Assembly: GCA_903883965.1 (NCBI GenBank)
Contig: CAISCU010000006.1
Span: 4,103-68,102, forward strand
DNA from: an uncultured Bacteroidota bacterium
GTDB taxonomy: Bacteria > Bacteroidota > Bacteroidia > UKL13-3
Direction of reading: 5' to 3'
Length of the DNA stretch: 64,000 nucleotides
In this document: piece after piece, positions 20,336 through 31,391 of the stretch
How the letters are laid out: every line of letters starts with the position of its first letter
How positions within the stretch are numbered: the stretch's first letter is position 1
Notes under the pieces: model-generated
Seen by the model: only the letters and a program-made list of their open reading frames with translations
What the model was told of the DNA's origin: nothing
Database searches by the model: none
Translations under genes and position numbers: made by a program

Positions 20336-21664
20336 TTAGCGCAACCACTTGCTTGGGTCTTGCAAATTGGTTTGCTTATAGATTTCAAAATGCAGCAAGG
20401 AATGGTTTTCAGATTCGTTTTGCGACAAAGTTCCGATGCTTTCTAAAGCATCTAATTGTTGGCCTTTTTTTACTTTGATATTTTCTAAGCGGGCGTATAC
20501 AGAATAATATTCACCATGGTTTACCAGTACCACATTGTCTAGGCCAGGAATGGTAAAACAGCGAACCACCTCACCTTTAAATACACACTTTACATCGGCG
20601 CCTATTGGCGTGCGTATATCTATTCCATTGTTTTTAACCATTACTCCTTTGAGTTCGGGGTGTTCTCTTGTTCCAAACCTAGAAGCAATAGTACCAGCAT
20701 CAACAGGCCAAGGTAATTTACCTTTGTTGTCTTCAAAGTTTTTACTCAAGGCTAAACCTGAGGTTGATAAATATGAATTTGTAGTGGTTTGTTTTTGAGG
20801 TTCTGGTTTGGTATTTGATTTTTTGGCATTTGCCAAGCGCTTGGCTTCTTCAGCTTTTCGTTTGGCTTCTTCAGCCCTTCGGGCTTCGGCAATTTCTTTT
20901 TGAATGAGTTCTCCAATAGCCTTGTTTAGCAAGTTAGACATGCGTTCTTGGCGAATAATCTGACCCTTGATATTGCTTACCTGTAGCTGTAATTTTTCTA
21001 ATAAATTGGTCTCTTCTTTTTTGTCAATTTCCAGTTCCTTTTTCTCGGTTTCTTTTAATCCCATCAAGTTCATTTTTTGGTTTTTGATGGCAATCATTTC
21101 ATTGATGGCTTCTATGATTGATTTTTGTGTTTTTAAAATCAACTTTGATTGTTCAACCCTATACCTTCCATACTGGTTAAGGTATTTGATTCTTCTAAAA
21201 GCCTGAAAAAAGTTTTTTGAATCAAAAACAAACATGAGCTGGTCGTTGAAATTCCTTTTTTTATAAGCAGCTAAAATGTTTTTGGCATAATCTTCTTTGA
21301 GTTGCACGAGGTCGTTTTCTAGAGTTAAAACAGCTCTTTTTTGGCCCTCTATTTCAATGGACAGTTCAAATGTTTCTTGACCAATATGGTCTATCATTTG
21401 TTCTCTGGTTTTAATTTGAACACCCAGTACATTTAATTGTTTCAGTGAATTGCTTTCTTCTTTTTTGGTTTCGGCCAACCGTTTTTTGTTTTCTTCAATT
21501 TTCAGTTGAAGTTCTTTTCTCTTGGCTTCTAATTCTTTTCTTTTCTGGCTTACTTTCTGACCCAAAACATTGCTGTATAAAAAGCAAAAAGCAATTAAAA
21601 CCAATAGCTGTTTAGTGCCAATGGATCTGAGCGAATGCAAGTGATTGACTAACTTAAAACACAT
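20336..21664 (-). CDS. M23 peptidase with long coiled coil (EnvC-like murein hydrolase activator)
   Basis: Coiled-coil N-terminal half; C-terminal LytM/M23 domain (HGEYYSVYARL). Confidence 0.8.
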   Translation of the reverse strand: MCFKLVNHLHSLRSIGTKQLLVLIAFCFLYSNVLGQKVSQKRKELEAKRKELQLKIEENKKRLAETKKEESNSLKQLNVLGVQIKTREQMIDHIGQETFELSIEIEGQKRAVLTLENDLVQLKEDYAKNILAAYKKRNFNDQLMFVFDSKNFFQAFRRIKYLNQYGRYRVEQSKLILKTQKSIIEAINEMIAIKNQKMNLMGLKETEKKELEIDKKEETNLLEKLQLQVSNIKGQIIRQERMSNLLNKAIGELIQKEIAEARRAEEAKRKAEEAKRLANAKKSNTKPEPQKQTTTNSYLSTSGLALSKNFEDNKGKLPWPVDAGTIASRFGTREHPELKGVMVKNNGIDIRTPIGADVKCVFKGEVVRCFTIPGLDNVVLVNHGEYYSVYARLENIKVKKGQQLDALESIGTLSQNESENHSLLHFEIYKQTNLQDPSKWLR

Positions 21665-22454
21665 TTACTTTATAGTTTTTGGGAACAGACAATTGCCAAT
21701 CTCTTTTTTTATTGAAAGAAAGGTTATTCATAACCATCTCTATGTTGAGCTGTTTGTCACTTTTTAATTGGATAGCTATTTTTTCTGGAAATTGATTTTT
21801 GTTTTCAGTAACAAATTGGCTGTAACCTATATTGAGACTTTGTTTTTGAACACTGTCTTGAATATGGGTTTGAATGACTTTGAATAAATTGTTCAAATTG
21901 ACATGTTGTTTGAACCCAGAAAACTGGTTAAAAACAAGCAAGCCGTTGTTGTTTTTTTGAACTGTGGTCGACTGAATATCTAGTGGATAAAGCACATTCC
22001 CTAATAACAAATTTTCAATTTGTGAATACCCCAATGGAAGGCTTGTAAAATTGCCGAGGTAGTTGTAAGAGGCGCTGGTATAAGTTCTATTGATATAATC
22101 CAAAATGCGCATTGAATCAGTTTGGAAAACAATTCTAGCCACATTGATAAAGCCCATTGCTTTTACATTGATCCAGGTTTCTTTGTTTTTTTCGATTTGT
22201 ATCTCTAAGTCTAGGCCTATAGTTTGTTTTCCATCATCGTATTTTACAGCTGCTTTGCTACAATACCAATTTGTTTGATTGGCATTTGTATTGATTTGTT
22301 TGATTTCTGATTCGTAGTTCTTGGTTTTGACCTCTTGTTTTTGAAGTACAGGAACCAATTTTGGTTCTTGTACTACTTTTTTTGTTTTGCACGAGAAGGC
22401 AATAAAAAAGCAGAAAAAACAAATTGGCATTAACAGCTTTTGATAGGCCTTCAT
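21654..22454 (-). CDS. DUF4292-family lipoprotein
   Basis: Lipobox FSCK; sits in the conserved TPR-DUF4292-M23 arrangement. Confidence 0.6.
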   Translation of the reverse strand: MKAYQKLLMPICFFCFFIAFSCKTKKVVQEPKLVPVLQKQEVKTKNYESEIKQINTNANQTNWYCSKAAVKYDDGKQTIGLDLEIQIEKNKETWINVKAMGFINVARIVFQTDSMRILDYINRTYTSASYNYLGNFTSLPLGYSQIENLLLGNVLYPLDIQSTTVQKNNNGLLVFNQFSGFKQHVNLNNLFKVIQTHIQDSVQKQSLNIGYSQFVTENKNQFPEKIAIQLKSDKQLNIEMVMNNLSFNKKRDWQLSVPKNYKVNVF

Positions 22455-24121
22455 TGCTTTAGTTTCTTTAATAGCTCTACACTGTCAGCACCCAAGTCTT
22501 TAGCTTTTTTCCATGCATTTTTTGCTTCTTGAGTTTTTCCCAACTTAAACAAAACATCTCCTAAATGTTCATTTACTTCCGCATTGTTTGGGGCTTTTTC
22601 TAAAGACTTTTCTATGTAAACTAAAGCTGATTCGTATTCTTTTTTCTGATAAAGAATCCAGCCATATGTATCGGCATACGAGGCGTTCTCCGGATCTAAA
22701 ATCATAGAGCGCTTGCTTAAGCTATCTGCCAAGTCTAAATTTTCTTCTCTCAAAGACAAATAGTAAGCATAGTTATTGAGTGCGTATGCATTAGATGGGT
22801 CAGTTTCTAATGAATAGGTATAAGCCGAATCAGATAAACCATATCTTTTTGCATAGTTTGCCGCATCGCCCATCATGGCATACATTTGTGATCTTAAATT
22901 GCTTTCTTCGGCAAATTCAATACCCATTTGAATAACAGTTATAGCGTCGTTGTATGCTTTTAGTTGTATAGATGCAAATGCACTATGGTAATAGCCCAAC
23001 GCATAAGTTGGAAACAATTCATTGGTTTTTTTGGCATCTTCCAAAATCAATTTGTAATCGGCCATCAATTGGTCGCATTGTAAAATTTGTTCCCATGCAA
23101 TTAATCCTCCATCATTTTGTTCGGAGGCTTTTAGGTAAAATTCGCGCGCTTTATCAGGCTTTCTACTTTCGAGTTGTAAGTCGCCTTTGATTAGATAGGG
23201 CCCAGCATTTTCAGGATTTGTTTGGATCAATACATCTGCAAGAAAATCACAAAAGGTATTTTGTTTTTCTCCAAAAAAGTTACTTGGAATGATACTGGTA
23301 AATGCACTCAACTTAGACTTGATGTTTCCATTCCCTTCTAAGCCTTTTTTTAGGTAATGAAAACAAGAATCTTTTTCATTTTTTAATTTATAATAATCGC
23401 TCAATGCAAAAGCAGCATAGCTATTTTGGGGTTCAACTTTTAAAATTGAATTGTAGATTGATATTGCTTCTTTTTCTTTGCCATTGGAGAGGTATAAATC
23501 GGCCAAAGCACCCCTGTATTGTTGATTTTGTGGAAACTTTGCAATGAGCTTTTCCAACTCACGAATGGCAGCTGGAAGCTTGTTTAACTGCAAATAAATT
23601 TGTTCTTTTTGCTTGGTGATGTCTTCGCTAACGCCAACTTTTTTTTCGAGTTGATTTAAACTTTTAATGGCTTTCTTTGGGGCATTGTTTTGCAATTGAA
23701 TAAAAGAAAGTTCATACAAAAAATCAGGATTCTTGCTCGTTTTGTACCTATCAGCTAGAAACAATTCTGCCGCTGCATAATTTCTATTGTATTTATAAAT
23801 ATCTAATAAATTTTGTGCATACCAATCATTGGTCTTTTCTAGCTGGTATGCTTTTTCTGCATAAATTTCTGCCTCTGTTCCTTTTCTTTCTGCAAACAGC
23901 ACGGTGCTCAATTGAAAATTGGCGTTTGCTTGTGTAGGTATAATATGCAAGGCTTTTTTAAATTCATTAACTGCTTCCTTGGTATTTCCTTGCATCTTTT
24001 CCTTCATGCCATTGAAGAAATGGGTATCGAAATTTTGTCTGGTTTGTTCTGGAATGTCTTGTGCAAAACAGGTTCCATAAACCAGAAAGCAAATTGTTGC
24101 AATGAGTATGCGTGTTTTCAA
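22451..24121 (-). CDS. Tetratricopeptide repeat protein
   Basis: Signal peptide and many TPR-like helical repeats. Confidence 0.75.
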   Translation of the reverse strand: MKTRILIATICFLVYGTCFAQDIPEQTRQNFDTHFFNGMKEKMQGNTKEAVNEFKKALHIIPTQANANFQLSTVLFAERKGTEAEIYAEKAYQLEKTNDWYAQNLLDIYKYNRNYAAAELFLADRYKTSKNPDFLYELSFIQLQNNAPKKAIKSLNQLEKKVGVSEDITKQKEQIYLQLNKLPAAIRELEKLIAKFPQNQQYRGALADLYLSNGKEKEAISIYNSILKVEPQNSYAAFALSDYYKLKNEKDSCFHYLKKGLEGNGNIKSKLSAFTSIIPSNFFGEKQNTFCDFLADVLIQTNPENAGPYLIKGDLQLESRKPDKAREFYLKASEQNDGGLIAWEQILQCDQLMADYKLILEDAKKTNELFPTYALGYYHSAFASIQLKAYNDAITVIQMGIEFAEESNLRSQMYAMMGDAANYAKRYGLSDSAYTYSLETDPSNAYALNNYAYYLSLREENLDLADSLSKRSMILDPENASYADTYGWILYQKKEYESALVYIEKSLEKAPNNAEVNEHLGDVLFKLGKTQEAKNAWKKAKDLGADSVELLKKLKQ

Positions 24122-24133
24122 ATTGTGTTGAGT

Positions 24134-25144
24134 TTAACCCTCTGTACTGTAATCGCCTATGCTCAAATCTTTGGCTTGTCCTTTGTATACCACATGACTG
24201 CCAATCATTGCATTTTTAATCACTGCATCTTTAATTTGGGTGTTGATTTGAACGATACTGTCTGAAAGGATAGTGTTTTCTATAATACAACCATCTCCAA
24301 TACTCACATTTGGTCCTATTACTGCATTTTTAAGCTGAACATTGTTTCCAATATAAGATGGCTGAATTACAACAGAATTCAATTGTTGAACGTTTGTTCC
24401 CATCATTTTTTCGCCATCAGCAGACATAAAGCTTAATATTCTAGAATTGGTATACACAGTAGCGTTTTTATTGCCACAGTCTAACCATTCAGTTACCTGC
24501 CCAGGAACAAATTTGGTTCCTTTTTTCTTCATGTTCTCTAGTCCGTTTGTGAGCTGGTATTCTCCTTTTTCACGGACATCGTTGTCGAGTAAATATTGCA
24601 GTTCACTTCTTAAATAAGCACCATCTCTAAAATAATAAATACCAATGATGGCTAAGTCAGAAACAAATGTTTCAGGTTTTTCTACAAAATCGGTAATGGT
24701 ATTGTGTTCATTTACTTTGATTACACCAAAAGGTTTTGGGTCTTCAACTTTTTGTACCCAAATAATTCCTTCTTGGCTTCTGTCTAGGGTAAAATCAGCT
24801 TTGAACAAAGTATCAGCAAAAACAACCAATACATTTCCGTCTAAACTTTCTTTTGCGCACATGATGGCATGAGCTGTGCCAAGTGGTTCGTGTTGGTAAT
24901 ATATTTTACCAGCTGCGCCCACACTGTTGGCTACTGAAATCAATTTTTCTTCAACTTCTTGTCCAAAAGTGGGGCCAATGATGTACGCCACTTCTTCAAT
25001 ATCGTTTCCACATACTTTTGCAAGGTCTTCAATTATTTTTTGAACGATTGGTTTTCCTGCAACAGGTATAAGTGGTTTAGGAACGGTCAAGGTATGTGGC
25101 CTCATTCTTTTTCCCATTCCGGCCATTGGTACAATGATTTTCAT
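24134..25144 (-). CDS. Sugar-phosphate nucleotidyltransferase with hexapeptide-repeat C-terminus (paralog of 7145..8137)
   Basis: PMAGMGKRMRP..PK motif; same architecture as the 7145 gene. Confidence 0.7.
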   Translation of the reverse strand: MKIIVPMAGMGKRMRPHTLTVPKPLIPVAGKPIVQKIIEDLAKVCGNDIEEVAYIIGPTFGQEVEEKLISVANSVGAAGKIYYQHEPLGTAHAIMCAKESLDGNVLVVFADTLFKADFTLDRSQEGIIWVQKVEDPKPFGVIKVNEHNTITDFVEKPETFVSDLAIIGIYYFRDGAYLRSELQYLLDNDVREKGEYQLTNGLENMKKKGTKFVPGQVTEWLDCGNKNATVYTNSRILSFMSADGEKMMGTNVQQLNSVVIQPSYIGNNVQLKNAVIGPNVSIGDGCIIENTILSDSIVQINTQIKDAVIKNAMIGSHVVYKGQAKDLSIGDYSTEG

Positions 25145-25194
25145 TTTATGCGCAATAATTAGTTTCGAAAATTACAATTTAGTTTTGAATCTTT

Positions 25195-25641
25195 TTAATC
25201 GGAGTTTTTTACTCCCGTGCTCCCGTATCCCCCGTTCCCTCTCTCAGTCAAGTCTAATTCATTTACTGCTTCCCAAGAAATGCTTTCATGTTTGGCTATC
25301 ACCATTTGCGCAATTCGGTCTCCATGTTCTATGGTAAAGTCTTCTTGTCCATGATTGATCAATAATACCTTAATTTCACCCCTGTAATCGGCATCAATGG
25401 TTCCAGGGCTATTTAATACACAAACCCCATTTTTATATGCGATCCCACTTCTAGATCTTATTTGGGCTTCATATCCTACAGGTAATGCAATTGAAATGCC
25501 TGTTTCCACCAATTTTCTTTGGCCTGGTTTCAATAGAATAGGCGTTTTTAAATTGGCCATAAGGTCCATACCTGCTGCATGAACAGTTTGGTATGAAGGC
25601 AATGGATTATTTGTAAGGGATTTAATTTTAATCTGCTGCAT
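25195..25641 (-). CDS. dut: dUTP diphosphatase
   Basis: All five dUTPase motifs present ([37 protein letters not shown]). Confidence 0.95.
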   Translation of the reverse strand: MQQIKIKSLTNNPLPSYQTVHAAGMDLMANLKTPILLKPGQRKLVETGISIALPVGYEAQIRSRSGIAYKNGVCVLNSPGTIDADYRGEIKVLLINHGQEDFTIEHGDRIAQMVIAKHESISWEAVNELDLTERGNGGYGSTGVKNSD

Positions 25642-27100
25642 GCAAACGAGTTTTTGATTTTTCTATGACAACTGCAATCAATATAAATAATACCAAAAGA
25701 CCATTTCCAACCAGATAATAGGTATGGTTTTGAGTGAGACTGCTTTGAAGGTAATAGCCAATGCCATATAGCAATAATGCCAAAATTGAATAGCCAAAGA
25801 AACTGGCCACTTTATAAGGAATTGGGTAATATTTCTGTCCCATGGCATATCCCAATACCATCATGGTTCCATAACAAATTGAGGTTGAAAGGGCTGCGCC
25901 GTAATAACCTAAAATTGGGATTAGCATATAATTGAGAATTACGGTAATGATTGCACCCGCAATAGCTATGTATGCCCCTTTGCTGGTTTGGTCTGTTAGT
26001 TTATACCAAATACTTAAATTGTAATAAATGCCTAAGAAAATATTTGCCCACAACAATATGGGTACAATGATTAGTCCTTCCCTGAATTCAGTTCCCATAA
26101 ACTGCTCAAATAAGCGCATATTCAACATCACCATTAAAAAAATAGACAAACAAACCAGAATAAACACCTGCATTACGTCGGCATATATCTGGGTTTTGCT
26201 GCTGTTTTTTCCATGTTTAAAAAAGAAAGGCTCTGCTGCGTATTTAAAGGCTTGAATAAATAAGGTCATAACAATAGATAACTTGTAATTGGCGCCATAT
26301 ATACCATTCATACGTAATGCTGTTGATTGGTCTGGAATCAATTGAACCAGCATAATTCTGTCGAGGGTTTCATTGATCATTCCAGCAAATCCGATAAACA
26401 TGATTGGAATGGCATATTCTAACATTTCTTGATACAGTGCCCTGTTTCTTTTAAAGCGAATAGCAATGATTTCGGGTATCAATAAAACAAAAGTTAAAAG
26501 GCTGCCACATAAATTAGCAATCAATATAACAGAGGGGTCAATATCATTGCTAATAAATGGCAATAGCCTCTGATTTTCTTGGATCCAATAAGGGCCTATT
26601 AACAAGAAGTAGACATTTAAGAATATGGTCACTGCAATTCCTGCGTTTTTAATCAGTGCAAAACGCAGTGCTTTGTTTTCTTTTCGGAGCAAAGCAAATG
26701 GAACCGCGCAAATGGCATCTAAGGCAATAATAACGGCTACTATTTTAATATAGTAAGCGGTAGCCCCCATGTGTATGAGTTCTGCAATTTGGCTGGCAAA
26801 CAAAAACGTACAGCATCCAAACAACAAACTAAAGAACAATACTGAACGCATAGCTGTAGAATAAATGCTTTGTTCATGATTGTGTTTTTCTGCAAACCTA
26901 AAAAAGGTTGTTTCCATGCCATGGGTGAGCAGTACATTTAAAAAAGTGATATACGCATACAAACCTGTAATTGTACCAAATTGTACCAGATTAAATACCC
27001 TTGTCTGAATGGGAACCAGCAAATAATTTAAAAAGCGCCCAACAATGGTGCTCAAGCCGTAAATGGCTGTTTGACCTGCAAGTTTTTTTATGGTGCTCAA
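25628..27100 (-). CDS. Polysaccharide biosynthesis protein / oligosaccharide flippase (MOP superfamily)
   Basis: 490 aa, about 12-14 TM helices, Wzx-like N-terminus. Confidence 0.8.
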   Translation of the reverse strand: MSTIKKLAGQTAIYGLSTIVGRFLNYLLVPIQTRVFNLVQFGTITGLYAYITFLNVLLTHGMETTFFRFAEKHNHEQSIYSTAMRSVLFFSLLFGCCTFLFASQIAELIHMGATAYYIKIVAVIIALDAICAVPFALLRKENKALRFALIKNAGIAVTIFLNVYFLLIGPYWIQENQRLLPFISNDIDPSVILIANLCGSLLTFVLLIPEIIAIRFKRNRALYQEMLEYAIPIMFIGFAGMINETLDRIMLVQLIPDQSTALRMNGIYGANYKLSIVMTLFIQAFKYAAEPFFFKHGKNSSKTQIYADVMQVFILVCLSIFLMVMLNMRLFEQFMGTEFREGLIIVPILLWANIFLGIYYNLSIWYKLTDQTSKGAYIAIAGAIITVILNYMLIPILGYYGAALSTSICYGTMMVLGYAMGQKYYPIPYKVASFFGYSILALLLYGIGYYLQSSLTQNHTYYLVGNGLLVLFILIAVVIEKSKTRLHAAD

Positions 27101-27185
27101 AGTTTTTTATGCAATAAACAAAAATAATTGAATCCAATTGAATTCTATTTTACACATTTTGCATTTCAGCGCTTAATTTAGCAGG

Positions 27186-29006
27186 ATGTTTCATAAGGGT
27201 ATAACTATTTTCATTGCCATTTTTATTTTCTGTTCTCAATTGCTGCATGGACAACAACAGGATGAACAATTGGCCAATCAATTTGCCCAAAATGGAGAAT
27301 GGGCTAAAGCGGCAGATTTGTACGAAAAATTAGCCAACAAGACACCCAATTCAATGTATTATTACGACAATTTGTTAAAGGCATATCTTGAACTCAAACA
27401 AGAAAGTGCTGCAATAAAATTGGTAAAGAAACAAAATAAAAAATTTCCAAGAGTGGCTGTTTATGCTGTAGACCAAGCTTATATCTCTTTTTATTTTGGC
27501 AATAAAACAAATGCCACAGAGGTATCTTCAATGCTCATCAAACAGTTAAATGCCAATGAGCAATCAGTCAATGATTTATCTATGGCTTTTACCAAAAGAG
27601 GTTTTTTAAGAGAAGCAATTCAAACGTATTTAAGAGGCAGAGAATTGTTGCAAAACGATCAATTGTTTTGTTCAGATTTAGCCGCCTTGTATACTGATTT
27701 GGATAACCGCAAAGCTGCCATAGAAGAGTGGGTTAAACTATTGAGTTTAGACCCAACCAAGATGGAAGAAATACAGGGTTTACTACAGCATTTGCTTCAA
27801 AACAACCAAGACTTTGACAATTGCAAAACAGCCCTACTCAAACAATACAAATTGTTTCCGGACGAAAATTCCTTACAAGACATGCTCATTTGGTTTTATG
27901 TTCAAAGAGCAGATTATGCTTCTGCATTGATCTTTACTAAAAAAATAGATAAAAAGCAGGGTTTAAATGGCAGAAGAACATTGGAATTGGGTTTGTTGGC
28001 ATTTTCTAATAACAAATTTGATGATGCCATAATTATATACAGTGATGTGTGTAGTTTGGGCGCCGCTTCTCCGTTTTATTATTATGCCAAACAAGAATTG
28101 TTGAGTGCCAGAACACAAAAATTGCTATCTGGCAATTACACCCAAGCTGATTTGTTATTGGTAGAAACAGAATACAACAATTTATTAGCCAAAGAAGGCG
28201 ATGATGCCAAAACAAGGTTCAGCTTGGCAAGTTTACAATTCAATTATTTACACAACAACCAAGCGGCCATCCTCAATTTTTCTAAAGCTATTCAGTTAAC
28301 AACCGACCGCACTTTTGCAGCTACTTGCAAATTGGCTTTGGCTGATGTATATACAGTAACTGGGGAGGTATGGGAGTCGGTGTTGTTGTATGGACAAGTA
28401 GATAAGGATTTTATGGAAGAGCCCTTAGGACAGGAAGCCAAATTTAGGTCTGCTAAATTGAGTTATTTTTTGGGTGAATTTGATTGGGCAAAAGCTCAAT
28501 TAGATGTTTTAAAAACAGCCACGACCCAGTTAATTGCAAACAATGCCATGGAATTGTCACTGTTAATTCAAGAAAATACAATAGACAGCAATCAAGATGC
28601 CCTGAAATTATTTGCTAGGGCTGATTTACTGGCTACTCAACAACATTTTCTAGAAGCTCTTGCGCTTCTAGATAGTATTGAACGCGCATTTCCTAAAAAT
28701 GTGTTGTTTGATGATATGTTTTACAAACGTGGTGAAATTGCAGCGGCAATGCGCTTGTATGAACTAGCTGCTCAGCAATTTGAAAAAGTATATACTTTGT
28801 ACGCTACCGATATTTTAGCAGACCAAGCAGTAATTAAAGCTGCGCAATTATTTGACTATAAATTAAACAAACCTCAGAGCGCTATGCCCTTATATGAATT
28901 GTTAATCAAGCAATACCCAGGTAGTGTATACAGCAATGAAGCAAGAAAGCGCTATAGGCTATTGAGGGGCGACCAATTATTTAACCAAAAAGAACCAACA
29001 AAATGA
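27186..29006 (+). CDS. Tetratricopeptide repeat protein, secreted
   Basis: Signal peptide and TPR-like repeats. Confidence 0.7.
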   Translation: MFHKGITIFIAIFIFCSQLLHGQQQDEQLANQFAQNGEWAKAADLYEKLANKTPNSMYYYDNLLKAYLELKQESAAIKLVKKQNKKFPRVAVYAVDQAYISFYFGNKTNATEVSSMLIKQLNANEQSVNDLSMAFTKRGFLREAIQTYLRGRELLQNDQLFCSDLAALYTDLDNRKAAIEEWVKLLSLDPTKMEEIQGLLQHLLQNNQDFDNCKTALLKQYKLFPDENSLQDMLIWFYVQRADYASALIFTKKIDKKQGLNGRRTLELGLLAFSNNKFDDAIIIYSDVCSLGAASPFYYYAKQELLSARTQKLLSGNYTQADLLLVETEYNNLLAKEGDDAKTRFSLASLQFNYLHNNQAAILNFSKAIQLTTDRTFAATCKLALADVYTVTGEVWESVLLYGQVDKDFMEEPLGQEAKFRSAKLSYFLGEFDWAKAQLDVLKTATTQLIANNAMELSLLIQENTIDSNQDALKLFARADLLATQQHFLEALALLDSIERAFPKNVLFDDMFYKRGEIAAAMRLYELAAQQFEKVYTLYATDILADQAVIKAAQLFDYKLNKPQSAMPLYELLIKQYPGSVYSNEARKRYRLLRGDQLFNQKEPTK

Positions 29007-29320
29007 TCATTTACAACGTAACCTTAAATGTCGATGACAGCATTCACAGCGAATGGTTGACATGGATGCAGCAAACCCATATTCCTGAAGTATTGGCTAC
29101 AGGAATGTTTCAATCTGCAAAAATACTCAGACTCTTGACCCGTCAGGCTGATGAAACCGGTGAAACATATGCCGTTCAATACCTTGCCAAAAACATGCAA
29201 GATTATTTTAGCTACCAAGAACAGTTTGCGCCAGCATTGCAGCAAAAAACACTCGATAAATATGGGAATAAATTATTGGCATTTCGTACATTAATGGAAG
29301 AAGTTTCACCAATTAAATAA
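29003..29320 (+). CDS. DUF4286-family protein
   Basis: MIIYNVT..V...EW..WM...HIPEV N-terminus; 105 aa; start overlaps the TPR gene stop. Confidence 0.6.
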   Translation: MIIYNVTLNVDDSIHSEWLTWMQQTHIPEVLATGMFQSAKILRLLTRQADETGETYAVQYLAKNMQDYFSYQEQFAPALQQKTLDKYGNKLLAFRTLMEEVSPIK

Positions 29321-29470
29321 AATAAACACCAGTATAAACTACACATTTCTTTAAAAACGCAACACAAAAAACCACTAAAACACAAAAAACCACCAAATAA
29401 ATAAGTATAAGTGTATAATAAATAAATTTTATTCTACTCAAACTGAGCACATTAAGGCAAGGCAACCATT

Positions 29471-29540
29471 TAAATAGTAAAAACCTCCGTTTAAATAGTA
29501 CATTTGAATTGGCAATTCGATTGTACAACCATTTAAATAG
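29471..29540 (+). promoter_or_regulatory. Three direct repeats (C)ATTTAAATAG(T)A at 29471, 29491 and 29531, flanking a sigma-54-like -24/-12 element TGGCAA-N5-TTGT at 29510..29524
   Basis: Repeats read directly; 10 of 12 consensus positions match TGGCAC-N5-TTGC; upstream also ACACAAAAAACCA twice. Confidence 0.3.
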
Positions 29541-29547
29541 AAGTTTT

Positions 29548-29817
29548 ATGAAAACCCTCATTTTAAACAACGCTCACCAAATTCAAAACCAAGAAAATAC
29601 TTTAAAGGAACGCATTGGTTACGAAATTGAAAAAGGTAAAAAGGAATTGGTTGATTTTGCCAAATACTTATATGTAGTTGCAGTATTTGTTTTATTGGTA
29701 GTTGCGGTTTTAGAAATCAAACGCATGTATCAAATAGATTTGTTCCCAGGCATAGATACTCCTTTCGATAATATCTATTTTGCTGGTAAAGAGCAGTTTG
29801 GACAAGGTGTTCTTTAA
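29548..29817 (+). CDS. Small single-pass membrane protein, hypothetical
   Basis: First ATG of the ORF (listed ORF starts at a TTG at 29509); one TM helix YLYVVAVFVLLVVAVL. Confidence 0.4.
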   Translation: MKTLILNNAHQIQNQENTLKERIGYEIEKGKKELVDFAKYLYVVAVFVLLVVAVLEIKRMYQIDLFPGIDTPFDNIYFAGKEQFGQGVL

Positions 29818-29843
29818 CTCAAAGTTCTGTTCAATAGGAATTG

Positions 29844-31310
29844 TTAAATTTCTTTTCTAAGCCTAGCAACAGGAATGTTCATTTGTTCTCTGTATTTGGC
29901 AACAGTTCGGCGGGCAATATGATAACCTTTGTCTTTTAGAATTTCCATTAGCTTTTCGTCTGGAAGTGGTTTTGATTTTTCTTCTGCCTCAATGGCATCT
30001 TTCAAAATCTTTTTAACTTCTCTGCTACTCACTTCTTCTCCATCTTCGGTGGCAATGCCTTCACTAAAGAAGAATTTAAGTGGAATTACTCCAAAATCAG
30101 TTTGAATGTATTTAGAGTTTGCTACTCTACTAATGGTTGAAATATCTAAATTGGTTTCTTCAGCTATGTCCTTTAGAATCATAGGCTTGAGTTTGGTTTC
30201 ATCACCTTCTTCGAAATAGCCTAATTGGTAATTTAAAATGGCATTCATAGTCAGTAACAAAGTATTGTGTCTTTGTTTGATACTATCTATGAACCATTTG
30301 GCACTGTCCAATTTTTGTTTGATAAATTGAACGGTTTCTTTTTGCTCACGACTTGGGCTCTTGCTTTCTTCATACCCCTTTAGGGTTTCCATATAAGACC
30401 TGCTGATTCTTAAATCGGGGGCATTTCTGGAATTGAGCTGAATCAAATATTTGCCATCTTGTTCAATCAATACAAAATCAGGTGTGATGTACTGGGTGGC
30501 TGTATTGTCAATTGCTTCTCCAGGTTTTGGATTGAGTTTTGTAATTAAAAGGATGATTTCTTTTAATTCTGCTTCCGTTATTTTGAGTGTTTTGGTTAGT
30601 TTTTCGTAATGCTTTTTGGTAAAATCTTCAAAATGCTGATCAAGAATTTTAATGGCATTGATAACCAATAAATTGTTTTGGTCTTTTCGGTAAAGTTGAA
30701 TTAACAAACATTCTTGTAATGATGTAGCACCAATTCCGGGGGGATCCAGTTTTTGAATTTTATGAAGTACGCGCCTCATCTCCTCCAGATTGGTTTCAAT
30801 GTTGATGGAAAAGGCCAAGTCGTTTACAATGGCTTCTAGTGGTCTTCTTAAATAACCATCATCATCTAAAGTGCCAATTAGTTGTGTACCAATTGCCAGT
30901 TCCTTATCTGATTCTGCAATGCTATTGAACTGGTCTTGGAGTTCTTCGTGAAAAGAATGCGATTCTACAATAGGCCTTTCTTTGCGTTCTTCATCTCCTT
31001 CATCACTCAAATGAAAACCTTCGGGATCGTATTCATCATTGACATATTCTTTTACATCAAATGTTTCATTGGCAATAAAATCTTCTACAGATAAATCTTC
31101 CGAAGAAACTTCTTCAGTATTGGTTTCTGTTTCTTTATCAGCAGGAGCTGCATCTTCGTCTGAGGCCCTCAACAAAGCTGGGTTTTCTATGAGTTCTTGG
31201 TCTATGCGTTGAATAATATCGACACTATTGAGCTGCAACAGCTTGATAAATTGTATCTGCTGTGGCGATAGCTTTTGTAGCTGACTCTGTTGTAATCCTT
31301 GTTTTAGCAT
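29844..31310 (-). CDS. rpoN: RNA polymerase sigma-54 factor
   Basis: Gln-rich region I; C-terminal HTH and RpoN box (ARRTVAKYRE). Confidence 0.9.
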   Translation of the reverse strand: MLKQGLQQSQLQKLSPQQIQFIKLLQLNSVDIIQRIDQELIENPALLRASDEDAAPADKETETNTEEVSSEDLSVEDFIANETFDVKEYVNDEYDPEGFHLSDEGDEERKERPIVESHSFHEELQDQFNSIAESDKELAIGTQLIGTLDDDGYLRRPLEAIVNDLAFSINIETNLEEMRRVLHKIQKLDPPGIGATSLQECLLIQLYRKDQNNLLVINAIKILDQHFEDFTKKHYEKLTKTLKITEAELKEIILLITKLNPKPGEAIDNTATQYITPDFVLIEQDGKYLIQLNSRNAPDLRISRSYMETLKGYEESKSPSREQKETVQFIKQKLDSAKWFIDSIKQRHNTLLLTMNAILNYQLGYFEEGDETKLKPMILKDIAEETNLDISTISRVANSKYIQTDFGVIPLKFFFSEGIATEDGEEVSSREVKKILKDAIEAEEKSKPLPDEKLMEILKDKGYHIARRTVAKYREQMNIPVARLRKEI

Positions 31311-31391
31311 CGATGGTGTTCAAACAAAAATAAGGATTTATAGGCTCAACAGATACAACCGCGTTTAAAAATAGTCAGGTTTTAATAAAAA

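Noticed and set aside
29313-29570. 85-aa minus-strand ORF across the repeat region
   Set aside because: It lies in an A-rich non-coding region that holds the direct repeats. The composition is low-complexity and hydrophobic. It is more plausibly regulatory DNA.
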